A stretch of DNA of 64,000 nucleotides from an uncultured Solirubrobacterales bacterium (GTDB lineage: Bacteria > Actinomycetota > Thermoleophilia > Solirubrobacterales > 70-9): positions 86,664 to 150,663 of the forward strand of contig CAWIWP010000004.1 of NCBI GenBank assembly GCA_963839875.1. The letters run 5' to 3'. The translations under genes were made by a program, and so were the position numbers. A model generated the notes under the pieces. That model saw only the letters and a program-made list of their open reading frames with translations. It was not told the DNA's origin and did no database searches. The number at the start of each line of letters is the position of its first letter. The stretch's first letter is position 1. Positions 30,260 through 42,895 of this stretch are shown here, piece by piece.

Positions 30260-31341
30260 CAGGCGGGAACCATGCCCGGGAAGTGCTTGACGAAGCCCTC
30301 GAGAGCGCTCCGGTAGGCATTGAGGGAGGAAACCGAGACCCACTCCTCGGGGCCGTGGTGGCCGTCGCCGACGGGCCCGAACTCGACCGCGGGGACGCCG
30401 GCGGCGAGGAATGAGACCGCGTCCGACGCGCCATCGCGGCCGACGCTCATCACGCGCTCGGGATGGTGCGGCGAGGCGGCGAGGCAGAGGCCCTCGACGA
30501 ACGGGGAGTCGTCGTCGACCACGGCGGGCGGACGCCGGAACGTGGCGATGACCCTCGTGTCGGGCAGCCCCTTCACCTGGGCCAGGATCTCCTGGGGATC
30601 TTGTTCAGGGAGGAATCTCACGTCTACATCCATGACGCAGCGATCGGGCACCCGGTTCAGCGCGTCGCCGCCCATGATCCGGCCGAGGTTGATGGATGGC
30701 CGGTCGAAGAGGCGGGAACTGTGCTTCGCAAACGGTAGCGATTCGATGGCGCGGAACACCTCGACGGCATTCACGATCGCGTTTTCTCCCAGCCACGGCG
30801 TCGCGCCGTGGGCCGAGCGGCCACCGACCGCGAGCCGCATCGCCAGGACACCCTTCGCCTGGACCCCGACCTGGAGGTTGGTGGGCTCGCCCGTGATCGC
30901 AAAGTCCCCTATGAACCCGTCGGCGACGAGGGCGTCGGAGCCGCGGTTCTCCTCCTCCTCGGACTCCTCGTCCGAGACGATCCCGAGGCGCAGGCGAACC
31001 GCGTCCTGGGCGCGGGCCTCGCGGAGAACCAACATCATCACCGCGAGCGCCCCCTTCATGTCGTAGGCGCCGCGGCCGATCAGCCTGTCGCCGTCCACAC
31101 GCGGCTTGAACTGCCCGTCCTCGGCCGGGACCACGTCGAGGTGGCCGTGCATCACCAGCGTGGGAGCGTCCTCCGGCCCGACCTCGGCCATGGTCACGGG
31201 GAGCCCGCGAGCCTCGATCTGGCGCGCCTCGATGTCGTTCGACTCGAGCCAGCCGCCGACGAACTCGGCGGCGCGGCGCACGCCCTCGGGGGACGCGGTG
31301 TCAAAAGCGATGAGCCTCTCGGCTAGGGCGACTTCGTCCAT
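30259..31341 (-). CDS. M20-family metallopeptidase (ArgE/DapE-like)
   Basis: MDEVALAERLIAFDTASPEG...LVMHGHLDVVPAE...GRGAYDMKGALAVMM...SDEESEE...GRSAHGATPWLGENAI. ATG 31341 chosen; the upstream part of the listed ORF is R-rich junk. The stop overlaps the LCP start (TGATG). Confidence 0.8.
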   Translation of the reverse strand: MDEVALAERLIAFDTASPEGVRRAAEFVGGWLESNDIEARQIEARGLPVTMAEVGPEDAPTLVMHGHLDVVPAEDGQFKPRVDGDRLIGRGAYDMKGALAVMMLVLREARAQDAVRLRLGIVSDEESEEEENRGSDALVADGFIGDFAITGEPTNLQVGVQAKGVLAMRLAVGGRSAHGATPWLGENAIVNAVEVFRAIESLPFAKHSSRLFDRPSINLGRIMGGDALNRVPDRCVMDVDVRFLPEQDPQEILAQVKGLPDTRVIATFRRPPAVVDDDSPFVEGLCLAASPHHPERVMSVGRDGASDAVSFLAAGVPAVEFGPVGDGHHGPEEWVSVSSLNAYRSALEGFVKHFPGMVPA

Positions 31342-31390
31342 CGGAGCATCGTAGGGGCGGCTCGAAAGCGCGGCGAAAGCGCGCCGTCGC

Positions 31391-31811
31391 CTATTCGGAG
31401 CTCTGGCCCGCGACCTCGAGGAACGCCTCTGCACGCTCCACGTCGCGCTCGGCGCGCTGCTTGGCGGCCGAGTCCTCCTCCGCCTCGTCGCGGCGCTGCT
31501 CCGCATCCTTCAGGCGCTCGTTGAGCGTGCCCGTGTCGAGGTCCTCGGGCTTCACGCACTCGCCGACCAGGACCATCGCCCGGTTGGCGAAGACCTGGAG
31601 CCATCCCTCGGCCTGGGCGAAGCGGGTGACGTCCTGAGCCGTCGATCAGTCGCAGCTCGGTCGGCCGCAGCCGGGCCAGCACCGGGACGTGGTTGGCCTG
31701 GATGCCGATCTCGCCGACGGCCGTGCGCGTCGAGAGCTGCTCGACCTCGCCCTCGAAGACCTTGCCCTCGGGGGTCAGCACCTCGGCGTGGAGGGTGTGG
31801 GAGTCGGCCAC
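31391..31811 (-). pseudogene. atpC: F1 ATP synthase epsilon subunit, one frameshift near 31636
   Basis: MADSHTLHAEVLTPEGKVFEGEVEQLSTRTAVGEIGIQANHVPVLARLRPTELRLIDG joins QDVTRFAQAEGWLQVFANRAMVLVGECVKPEDLD...ERAEAFLEVAGQSSE (ORF 31391..31576) after a 1-nt shift. Confidence 0.9.
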
Positions 31812-31814
31812 GGG

Positions 31815-33377
<1,563 letters not shown>

Positions 33378-33387
33378 TCATCTAGGT

Positions 33388-34317
33388 CTAGCTGAGGCCC
33401 TCGGCCCCGCCGACAACCTCCAAGATTTCCTGGGTGATCTCTGCCTGGCGAACCCGGTTCATCTCGAGCGTCAGGTCGGAGATCACCTCCTTCGCGTTCT
33501 CGGCGGCATTCCGCATCGCGGTCATGCGCGCACCGTGCTCCGAAGCAGTTGATTCGAGCAGCGCCCGGTAGACCGAGAGCTGCGCGTACTCCGGGATCAG
33601 CTCGCCCAGCAGCTCCTCGGGATCGGGCTCGTACACCCAGAGCGCCTTGCGGTGGGCCTCGACGAGATCCTGGTCCAGGTCCTCGTCCGACTCCTCCTCG
33701 TCCTCGGCTCCCTCGCCGAACACCTCGGCGCTCTGGATCGGGAGCAGGGTCTGCCGCGTCACGTACTGGTTCAGCGGCGACTCGTACCGGTTGAAGATGA
33801 TGTCCACGCGGTCGACCTTCTCGTCCACGTAGGCAGCGACGAGCTCGTCGGCGACGTGGCGAGCGTCGGAGAAGGCGGGGCGGTCGGTGAAGCCGGTGTA
33901 CTCGCCGGCGATTTCCTCGCCGCGGAACTTCATCGACGAGACGCCGCGGCGACCCACCGCCGAGAAGATCGCCGACGCGCCATCGCCACGCAGCTCAGCC
34001 TTCAGGCGCACGCCCTCGCGGATGATCTGCGAGTTGAACGAGCCCGCGAGCCCGCGGTCGCCGGTGACGAGCAGTACGCCGACGTTCTCGGTGTTCTCGC
34101 GGTCGGAGAGCACCGGAAGGTTCCTGGCCTCGGCCCCGGCCGCCTCGGCGACGTTGCGCGTCATCCGGCGCAGGTTCGACGCGTAGGGGCGCAGCGCCTC
34201 GATGCGCTGTTCGGCGCGGCGCAGCCTCGCGGCCGCGACCATCTCCATCGCCCTGGTGATCTTCTGGACGTTCTTGACGGAGGCGATGCGCCCCCTGACT
34301 TCCTTGCGGGTTGCCAT
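33388..34317 (-). CDS. atpG: F1 ATP synthase gamma subunit
   Basis: 309-aa intact ORF. MATRKEVRGRIASVKNVQKITRAMEMVAAARLRRAEQ...ITQEILEVVGGAEGL. Confidence 0.95.
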   Translation of the reverse strand: MATRKEVRGRIASVKNVQKITRAMEMVAAARLRRAEQRIEALRPYASNLRRMTRNVAEAAGAEARNLPVLSDRENTENVGVLLVTGDRGLAGSFNSQIIREGVRLKAELRGDGASAIFSAVGRRGVSSMKFRGEEIAGEYTGFTDRPAFSDARHVADELVAAYVDEKVDRVDIIFNRYESPLNQYVTRQTLLPIQSAEVFGEGAEDEEESDEDLDQDLVEAHRKALWVYEPDPEELLGELIPEYAQLSVYRALLESTASEHGARMTAMRNAAENAKEVISDLTLEMNRVRQAEITQEILEVVGGAEGLS

Positions 34318-34320
34318 CAG

Positions 34321-36004
<1,684 letters not shown>

Positions 36005-36018
36005 TTAGTTCAGTCCTC

Positions 36019-36552
36019 CTACGCCGCGTGGGCGACGTTCTTTCGAAGTTTGTCCAGCCTGTTTCGCACGCTCGCGTCGAGCACCATGTTCCCCACCTGG
36101 ACGACGAGCCCGCCGAGGATGTCGCCGTCCACGCGGCTCGACAGGTCCACGGTCTGGCCCGTCTGCTTCTCGATCTCTGAGCCGATGCGCTCGGAGATCT
36201 CGGGATCGAGCTCGACGGCGCTCGTCACGGTGATCTCGAGCCGCTTGTTCTCCTTCGCCCACATCTCCTCGAACTGGCGGCGGATGCGGTAGATCGCCGG
36301 GATCCGGTGCTTCTCGCCAAGCAGCTCCAGGAAGTTGAGCAGCTCCGGCTCGGCGCCATCGACGGCCTTTCGCAGGCCCTCCTTCTTCTCCGCCGAGGAG
36401 AAGTAGGGGCTGAACAGGAAGAGCTGCAGGTCCCGGCTCTCGTCCAGAGCGTCCGTGAACTCGCCGAGCTGGTCGCGGATCGAGTCCAGCTTGTCCTCGT
36501 CCTGAGCGGCCCTGAACAGGGCGTCGGCGTATACGCGGGCGATCTCCTCCAT
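36019..36552 (-). CDS. atpH: ATP synthase delta (OSCP) subunit
   Basis: 177-aa intact ORF. MEEIARVYADALFRAAQDEDKL...ILGGLVVQVGNMVLDASVRNRLDKLR. The ATG overlaps the corrected atpF stop (TGATG). Confidence 0.9.
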   Translation of the reverse strand: MEEIARVYADALFRAAQDEDKLDSIRDQLGEFTDALDESRDLQLFLFSPYFSSAEKKEGLRKAVDGAEPELLNFLELLGEKHRIPAIYRIRRQFEEMWAKENKRLEITVTSAVELDPEISERIGSEIEKQTGQTVDLSSRVDGDILGGLVVQVGNMVLDASVRNRLDKLRKNVAHAA

Positions 36553-37173
36553 CAGCGCTCCGAGTCTCCGTTTCCGCCGTTGCCGGCGGCGTCACCGCTG
36601 AGCGCGATGAAGTCGACCTCGGCCAGGGCCTCGTCGACCAGCCGCTTGCTGGTCGTCGGCGTCCAGCGTCTTGCGGACGACCTTCTCGGTCGTGAGCACG
36701 GTGAGGTCGGCGACCTCCTTGCGGATCCGCTCCAGCGAGCGCCGGGTCTCGGCCTCGATGTCGCGCCGCGCGGCGGCCACGAGCTCCTCGCGCTTCTCCT
36801 TGCCCTCGTCGGCGGCTCGCGCCTTCGACTCGTCGGCGGCCTTGCGGGCGCGGGCGACGATGTCGTCGGCCTGCTCGCGGGCCTCCTTGAGGCGGGCGCG
36901 GTACTCCGCGGTCAGCTCCTCGGACTCCTTCTTGGAGCGCTCGGCGGCGTCGATCGACTCGGCGATCAGCTTGGCCCGCTTGTCGAGGGCCTCCTGGATC
37001 TTCGGGAATGCGACCTTGCTGAGGACCCACATCGTGAACCCGAAGACCAGCAGGGTCCAGATCATCAGGCCCAGGCCCGGCGAGACCAGGAAGCTTCCGC
37101 CCTCCTCCTCGCCGCCCTCCGCAGCTTCTGCGGCGAGGACGAGCACCTGTCCTATGTCGGATACGAACTCCAT
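36552..37173 (-). pseudogene. atpF: ATP synthase Fo b subunit, one frameshift near 36649
   Basis: TM helix GLGLMIWTLLVFGFTMWVL followed by a long charged helix. After ...TLDADDQ the corrected frame reads KRLVDEALAEVDFIALSGDAAGNGGNGDSER, with its stop at 36552-36554. Confidence 0.85.
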
Positions 37174-37182
37174 CCCGGCGGC

Positions 37183-37461
37183 CTAGAGGAAGAAGGCGAT
37201 CAGGCCGAAGATGAACGTGTAGAACGCGACGGCCTCGGTCAGGGCGAAGCCGAGCCAGCGGATGCTCTGTAGCTCGTCCTTCATCTCGGGCTGGCGCGCA
37301 ACGGACTCGATCTCCTTGCCGAAGATGAATCCGACGCCGATGCCGGCGCCGATCGAGCCGAGGCCGGCGCCGATACCGAGGGCGACCGCCTTGAGGCCGT
37401 CGCTGACGCCGGTGTCGGTGACCGTCTCGGTCGACTGGGCGATCAGGGGAAGTACTTCCAT
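37183..37461 (-). CDS. atpE: ATP synthase Fo c subunit (92 aa)
   Basis: MEVLPLIAQ...GLKAVALGIGAGLGSIGAGIGVGFIFGKEIESVARQPE...LGFALTEAVAFYTFIFGLIAFFL. Helical hairpin with a GxGxGxG motif and the proton-binding Glu in LTEA. Confidence 0.93.
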   Translation of the reverse strand: MEVLPLIAQSTETVTDTGVSDGLKAVALGIGAGLGSIGAGIGVGFIFGKEIESVARQPEMKDELQSIRWLGFALTEAVAFYTFIFGLIAFFL

Positions 37462-37478
37462 TGAAATGCAGCTCCTTT

Positions 37479-38395
37479 CTAGTGGCTTTCGGCGACCGCG
37501 TCGCCGATGTAGATCGCGGAGAGGGTCGAGAAGATGAACGCCTGAAGCGTCGCGACAAGACCCACCTCGAAGACGAAGAAGACGAAGGCCATCGGGAACG
37601 TGAGCGCCCCCAGCGCGGCGAGGCCCAGCAGGACCGCCAGCCCGCCGCCCATGAAGAGCAGCAGCAGGTGCCCGGCGAGGATGTTCGCGAACAATCGCAC
37701 TGAGAGCGAGATCAGCCGGACGAAGTGCGAGATGCACTCGATCACGAAGACGAAGCCCTTGAACGCGAGCGGTCATGTCCTCGATGCCGGAGGGCAGCCA
37801 GCCCTTGAAGTACGGGATGAGGCCCTTGGCCCGGATCCCCTCGACGTGGTAGCTGAGACCAGACGATGAGGGTCAGCGACCAGCGGGATCGAGATGTTGG
37901 CGGTCGCCGCGTAGATCGCGAACGACGGCACCTCGAGCGCCGAAGATGTCTGACCGGGTGCTCGGTGTTGGTCGGCAGCGGGATGTAGCCGATCATGTTC
38001 GAGAACCAGATGAAGAAGAAGAGGGTCGCGAGGAACGGGAACCAGCGCAGGGCCATCTTGCCCTCGAGGTTGCCGCCGGTGATGTTGTTCTTGGTCAGGT
38101 CGTAGGCGACCTCGACGGCGGTCTGGGTGCGGTTCGGCTTCTCCGCCATCCGCCTCGAGATCCAGACCATCGTCCCGATCGTCAGCCGCCCCGGCGAGGA
38201 ACAGGTACAGCACCGCCTTGGTGATCGACATGTCGATCCCGAGCGATCTTGATGTGGATCCAGGGCTCGAGCTTGAACTCGTTCTGCGGCTGGAAGCTCT
38301 CGTTCTTGCCGTCGCTGCCGAAGATGAGCCCGACGGCGATGACGATCGCCATGAAGGCGCCGAAGGCCAGCAGGACCGTCTGCCAGCGCCTTCAC
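37479..38395 (-). pseudogene. atpB: ATP synthase Fo a subunit, at least 6 frame changes
   Basis: Pieces in three frames: V-K-RWQTVLLAFGAFMAIVIAVGLIFGSDGKNESFQPQNEFKLEPWIHIKI; LGIDMSITKAVLYLFLAGAA; TIGTMVWISRRMAEKPNRTQTAVEVAYDLTKNNITGGNLEGKMALRWFPFLATLFFFIWFSNMIGYIPLPTNTEHPV; ALEVPSFAIYAATANISIPLV; IECISHFVRLISLSVRLFANILAGHLLLL...AIYIGDAVAESH. The essential Arg lies in SVRLFANI. Confidence 0.9.
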
Positions 38396-38831
38396 GCCCC
38401 GGCCTCCGTCGAGCCCTCGAGTGCTCGGGCGGCGAACCGGCCCAGGAAGTGGACGTGAAGAGGACCGCGGCCAGCACCGCGGCGGCGAGGCCGTCCTCGC
38501 GGCTCGCCGAGCAGGCCGACGAGCAGGATCGGCCGTGACGACCATGTAGACGCGGCCGAGCGTCGTCGCGCCGACCCAGCCCATCGCGCCCTGGCGGCTG
38601 CCCTCGGCGAGCGCCCGCGGGAGCGGCGCCGTCGCCGTAGTCCTCGAGCGCCGCTCCGGCCAGCCAGGTCACGGCGAGCACCGCGTAGCCGAGCATCGGG
38701 AGGCCGGCTGCGAGGAAGATCGGAAGGGCGATGGCGAGCGCGGGCAGGTCCAGGTAGCGAACGATCGTCGCGGCCCTGCCTCCCCCCACGGCATCAGGCC
38801 CCGCGATGGCGAGGGTGTTGGAAGTCATCAA
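38392..38831 (-). pseudogene. Small hydrophobic protein upstream of atpB (AtpI-like position, cf. mycobacterial Rv1303), at least 3 frame changes
   Basis: MMTSNTLAIAGPDAVGGGRAATIVRYLDLPALAIALPIFLAAGLPMLGYAVLAVTWLAGAALEDYGDGAAP / PRALAEGSRQGAMGWVGATTLGRVYMVVTA / REDGLAAAVLAAVLFT / VHFLGRFAARALEGSTEAGA. The corrected stop overlaps the atpB GTG (GTGA). Confidence 0.5.
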
Positions 38832-39165
38832 GGGGGTGGTTGGAGGTGTCGGTTCTCAGGGACGGTTCTCGAGGCCAGAACGGCGCAATTTGCGAGACAA
38901 AAACGACCCTCGCCCGGCGAGTTGCCGCAAGGCGAAGGGGCCGTGACATTAGCCGATGGCGCCAGTGGCCGGACGTCGCCCGGCTCAGTCTCTCGGGGGG
39001 CACGAGGAGCAGGTCGGCTGCTTCGGGCTGACGTCGTCCCCGCGCCAGATGCCCGGCGAGGTGCCCGGGGGGTCGGCCCGCTCGGGCTTCCCGTCCATCG
39101 GCTCCCTCGAGTCCGCCTCGCGATCCACGGCGGACTGCCCTCCCGAGTTCGGGTCCCCGGTCGCG

Positions 39166-40341
39166 CTATTCGCCGTCGAGCTCCCTCTTCACGCCGGCGT
39201 CCACCTCGGCCTCCAGGTCGCCGGCGAGCGGCGGCACCGCGCCTCCGAGGCCCATCCGCTGCCGGAACCGCAGCCGCCGCAGCTTGAAGATCTCGAGCAC
39301 GTAGACGACGTAGACGCTCGCCGCCAGTGCGAAGGCCAGCAGGCCGACCATGACGGCCGTCCAGAAGGGATCGAAGTTGCCGCGGTCGTCGCTGTAGGGA
39401 ACGAACCGGAGCGCCAGCGCCAGCCCAGCGAGGACCAGCGTCCATCCGTAGAGGTAGGCGAGCGTTCGCCGCTGCGTGAACCCGATGTTCGCCATCCGGT
39501 GATGGAAGTGCCAGCGGTCGGCCTGGTAGATCGGCTGCCGGTACTTCAGCCGCTTGGCGACGACGAAGCTCGTGTCGAGGATCGGGACCGCGAGCACCAG
39601 CAGCGGCAGCGCCAGTGCCAGCGCGGCGTTGGTCTTCAGCGAGCCCTGGACCGCCACGACGGCGAGCAGGTACCCGAGCAGGTTGGAGCCGGTGTCCCCC
39701 ATGAAGCTCGATGCGGGCGGGAAGCCGTGGCGCAGGAACCCGAGCGAGCCGCCGGCGGTGATCGCCGCCAGCACGCCCGGCCTCGAAGCGGTCGAGCGAG
39801 ATCGCGATCACGGCGAGGGCCCCCGCCGAGATCGCGCAGACCCCCGAGGCGAGCCCGTCGACCCCGTCGATGAAGTTGATGATGTTGATCGACCGCGACG
39901 ATCCCGAACACGGTCAGCGGGTAGGAGACCCAGCCGAACTCGTAGCCGCCGACGAACGGGAGCGTGGTGGACGTCGACCCGCACGTCGCCGAGCACGACC
40001 GGGATCAGCGCGGCGCCGATCTGCCCCAGGAGCTTCGGCAGCGCCGGCAGCTCGCGGACGTCGTCGATCACCCCGAGCAGCGTGATCACCGCGGCGCCGC
40101 CGAGGATCGAGCGCGTCTCGGCGTCCCAGGGGAGCCAGATCGCTCCCGCGGCCAGGACCGCGACCAGGATCGCCAGGCCGCCGAGCTTCGGCGTCGGCAG
40201 GTCGTGCAGCCCGCGCTCCGACGGCATGTCCATCGCGCCGATCCGCCGCGCGATCGACTCGGCTGCCGGGACGAGCATCCAGGCGACCGAGGCTGCGAAC
40301 ACGAACGCCCAGACGGCGTCCATCGTCTCGAGGGACCTCAT
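39166..40341 (-). pseudogene. Glycosyltransferase family 4 (WecA/MraY-like undecaprenyl-phosphate sugar-phosphate transferase), at least 3 frame changes
   Basis: MRSLETMDAVWAFVFAASVAWMLVP...SERGLHDLPTPKLGGLAILVAVL...LLGVIDDVRELPALPKLLGQIGAALI / TLPFVGGYEFGWVSYPLTVFGIVAV / NIINFIDGVDGLASG...IAISLDRFEAGRAG / LAAITAGGSLGFLRHGFPPASSFMGDTGSNLLGYLLAVVAV...HFHHRMANIGF. Same position as rfe/wecA in mycobacteria. Confidence 0.85.
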
Positions 40342-40429
40342 CGCCCTGATTGTGGCACCGGCATCCCCGGACGCGTGAGCCGGCACTTGTGACGGCGAAT
40401 CACTGGGGTGCCGGAGGAATGCCGGGGGT

Positions 40430-41462
40430 TCAGCTGACAGACGCCGTGAGGACGGCGTCAGAGAGCAGCTTCGGGTCCCGCGGGGTGACTGCGCCGATCG
40501 GCGACCCGCGCGGCACCAGCTCGATCGCGTCGGGCGACGCGAGCTCGCGCAGACGGCCCTCGGCGATCAGGCGCTCGTCCACCGCGCCCATGCGCCCGCT
40601 GAAGATCGTGTAGACGGGCGTCCCCAGGGCGACCGCCTCGCGGTTCATCGTCCCCCCCGCGCCGACCACCAGGTCGGCGAACGCGATCAGGCTCTGGGCG
40701 TCGATCGCGCGGTCGGGGACCACGATCGGCGAGCCCGCGCCCGCGCGCGGCTGGGAGCCGCGGCCGCGCAGCCGCTCGCGCTGGCCGTCGGTGCGCGGGA
40801 TCACGACCGTCGTCACCCCGTCGGCCCCCGCGAGCCGGTCGATCGCGCCCTCGTAGAGGGGATTCTGCGCGTGGTACTCGGAGGTCTCGGGCGGTGGGCG
40901 AACGACCACGAGCAGGCCGTCGCGGCCCAGGCCGAGCTCCGCCAGGGCCGCCTCGTCGGCCACGAAGTCCGAGAGGTAGTAGTCCTCCTTCAGCCCCGGG
41001 TAGCGGAAGAGCCGATCGGGCTTCGCGCCGGCCGCCTCCATCGCCTCGATCCCGATCGCGTCGGGCGCCATCACCAGCCGCGCCGCCCTGAAGCTGATCT
41101 TCCGCTGCAGGCCCGCGAACTCGTAGTCGTTCATCTGCACCAGCGGGATCCGGCAGCAGGCGCGAGACCACCGCGATGTCCACCGAGCCGTGGGCGAGGG
41201 CCATGTCGAAGTCCCTGCCGCGCGCCCAGCGCGCAAGGCGGGCGCTCCGCCCCGCCAGCGCCGCGGCCTTGCCGGGAGCCGTCGCTCCGCCGTGCTCGCC
41301 GAAAGACTCGTGTGTGATCCCGAGCCGGTCGAGGATCTCCTCGGTCTGCCCGTAGCGGCGGGTGGTCACCTCGACCTCGTGACCGGCCGCCCCCAGGCGC
41401 TCGATGATCGGCCGCAGCACCAGCGGGTGCGCGGCGGCGGTGCAGTCGACCCAGATCCTCAC
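40430..41462 (-). pseudogene. DUF354-family protein (glycosyltransferase-like fold), one frameshift near 41151
   Basis: VRIWVDCTAAAHPLVLRPIIERLGAAGHEVEVTTRRYGQTEEILDRLGITHESFGEHGG...ALAHGSVDIAVVSRLL joins IPLVQMNDYEFAGLQRKISFRAARLVMAPD...VVGAGGTMNREAVALGTPVYTIF after an extra C. Family call is from memory of the DUF354 N-terminal pattern. Confidence 0.6.
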
Positions 41463-41532
41463 CCCGCCACCTCCTCCGCCATCCCACTGATTCGCCGCCA
41501 CAAATGCCGGCTCACGCGTCCGGGCGTGCGGC

Positions 41533-42822
41533 TCACACAGTGGCGGTCGACAGCTGCGGATAGAGCGGGTAGCGCTCCATCAGCGCGCGGGTGCGCTCGA
41601 GGAGCGCGTCCTTCTGCGAGTCGAAGTCGTCGCCGAGCGCGACGCCGATGACCTCGGCGATCTCGCGCATGTCGTCCTCGACCATGCCCCGGGTCGTCAG
41701 GGCGGGGGTGCCGATGCGGAGGCCCGAGGGATCCATCGGCGGGCGCTCGTCGAAGGGGATCGCGTTGCGGTTGACCGTGATCCCGACCTCCTCCAGGCGC
41801 AGCTCGGCCTCCTTGCCGAAGACCCCGGTCGGCGTCAGGTCGGTCAGGACCAGGTGCACGTCGGTCCCTCCGGTCAGCACGTCCACCCCGGCTTCGATCA
41901 GCCCGTCGGCGAACGCCCGCGCGTTGGCGATCGTCTGGCGCTGGCGCTCGCGGAACTCCTCGGTGGCGGCGAGCTTCAGCGCCACGGCCTTGGCGGCGAC
42001 GATGTGCATCAGCGGACCGCCCTGCTGGCCCGGGAAGACCGAGCGGTTGATGTCCTTGGCGAGCTCCTCCTTGCAGAGGATCATCCCGCTGCGCGGCCCG
42101 CACAGGGTCTTGTGGATCGTGGTCGTGACGACGTCGGCGTGCTCGACCGGATTGGGGTGCTCCCCCGCCGCGACGAGGCCGGCGAAGTGGGCCATGTCCA
42201 CCATCAGCTTCGCGCCGACCGAATCGGCGATCTCGCGGAAGGCGGCGAAGTCGAGCTGGCGCGGATAGGCCGACCAGCCGGCGACGATCACCTTCGGCTC
42301 GTTCTCCTCGGCGAGCTTCGCTACCTCGTCCATGTCGACGAGCAGGTCGTCGCGGCCCACGTGGTACGGCACGACCTCGTAGAGCTTGCCCGAGACGTTC
42401 AGCTTCATCCCGTGGGAGAGGTGGCCGCCGTGGTCGAGGGCGAGGCCCATGATCGTGTCGCCGGGCTCGAGCATCGCCATGTAGGCGGCGTTGTTGGCCT
42501 GGGCGCCCGCGTGGGGCTGGACGTTGGCGTGCTCGGCGCCGAACAGCTCCTTGGCGCGTGAGATCGCCAGCTCCTCGGCGACGTCCACCTCCTCGCAGCC
42601 GCCGTAGTAGCGCTTGCCGGGATAGCCCTCGGCGTACTTGTTGGTGAGGACCGAGCCCGCCGCGTCGAGGACGCCCTGGGGGACGAAGTTCTCGGAGGCG
42701 ATCATCTCCAGCGTCCCCTGCTGGCGCGCCAGCTCGCGGTCCAGGACCTCGGCGATCTCCGGGTCGACGTCGGCGAGCGGAGCGGTCTGAAAATCGTCGG
42801 GGAGGCTCATTCGCTTCACCAT
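41533..42822 (-). CDS. glyA: Serine hydroxymethyltransferase
   Basis: 429-aa intact [27 protein letters not shown], and the PLP-lysine motif [16 protein letters not shown]. Confidence 0.97.
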   Translation of the reverse strand: MVKRMSLPDDFQTAPLADVDPEIAEVLDRELARQQGTLEMIASENFVPQGVLDAAGSVLTNKYAEGYPGKRYYGGCEEVDVAEELAISRAKELFGAEHANVQPHAGAQANNAAYMAMLEPGDTIMGLALDHGGHLSHGMKLNVSGKLYEVVPYHVGRDDLLVDMDEVAKLAEENEPKVIVAGWSAYPRQLDFAAFREIADSVGAKLMVDMAHFAGLVAAGEHPNPVEHADVVTTTIHKTLCGPRSGMILCKEELAKDINRSVFPGQQGGPLMHIVAAKAVALKLAATEEFRERQRQTIANARAFADGLIEAGVDVLTGGTDVHLVLTDLTPTGVFGKEAELRLEEVGITVNRNAIPFDERPPMDPSGLRIGTPALTTRGMVEDDMREIAEVIGVALGDDFDSQKDALLERTRALMERYPLYPQLSTATV

Positions 42823-42895
42823 ACCCGCCGTCCTCGATGGCTTGCTTATTTATTGAACGTATGGTAAGTAATAGGCCCCGACGAGAACAGGAGCG

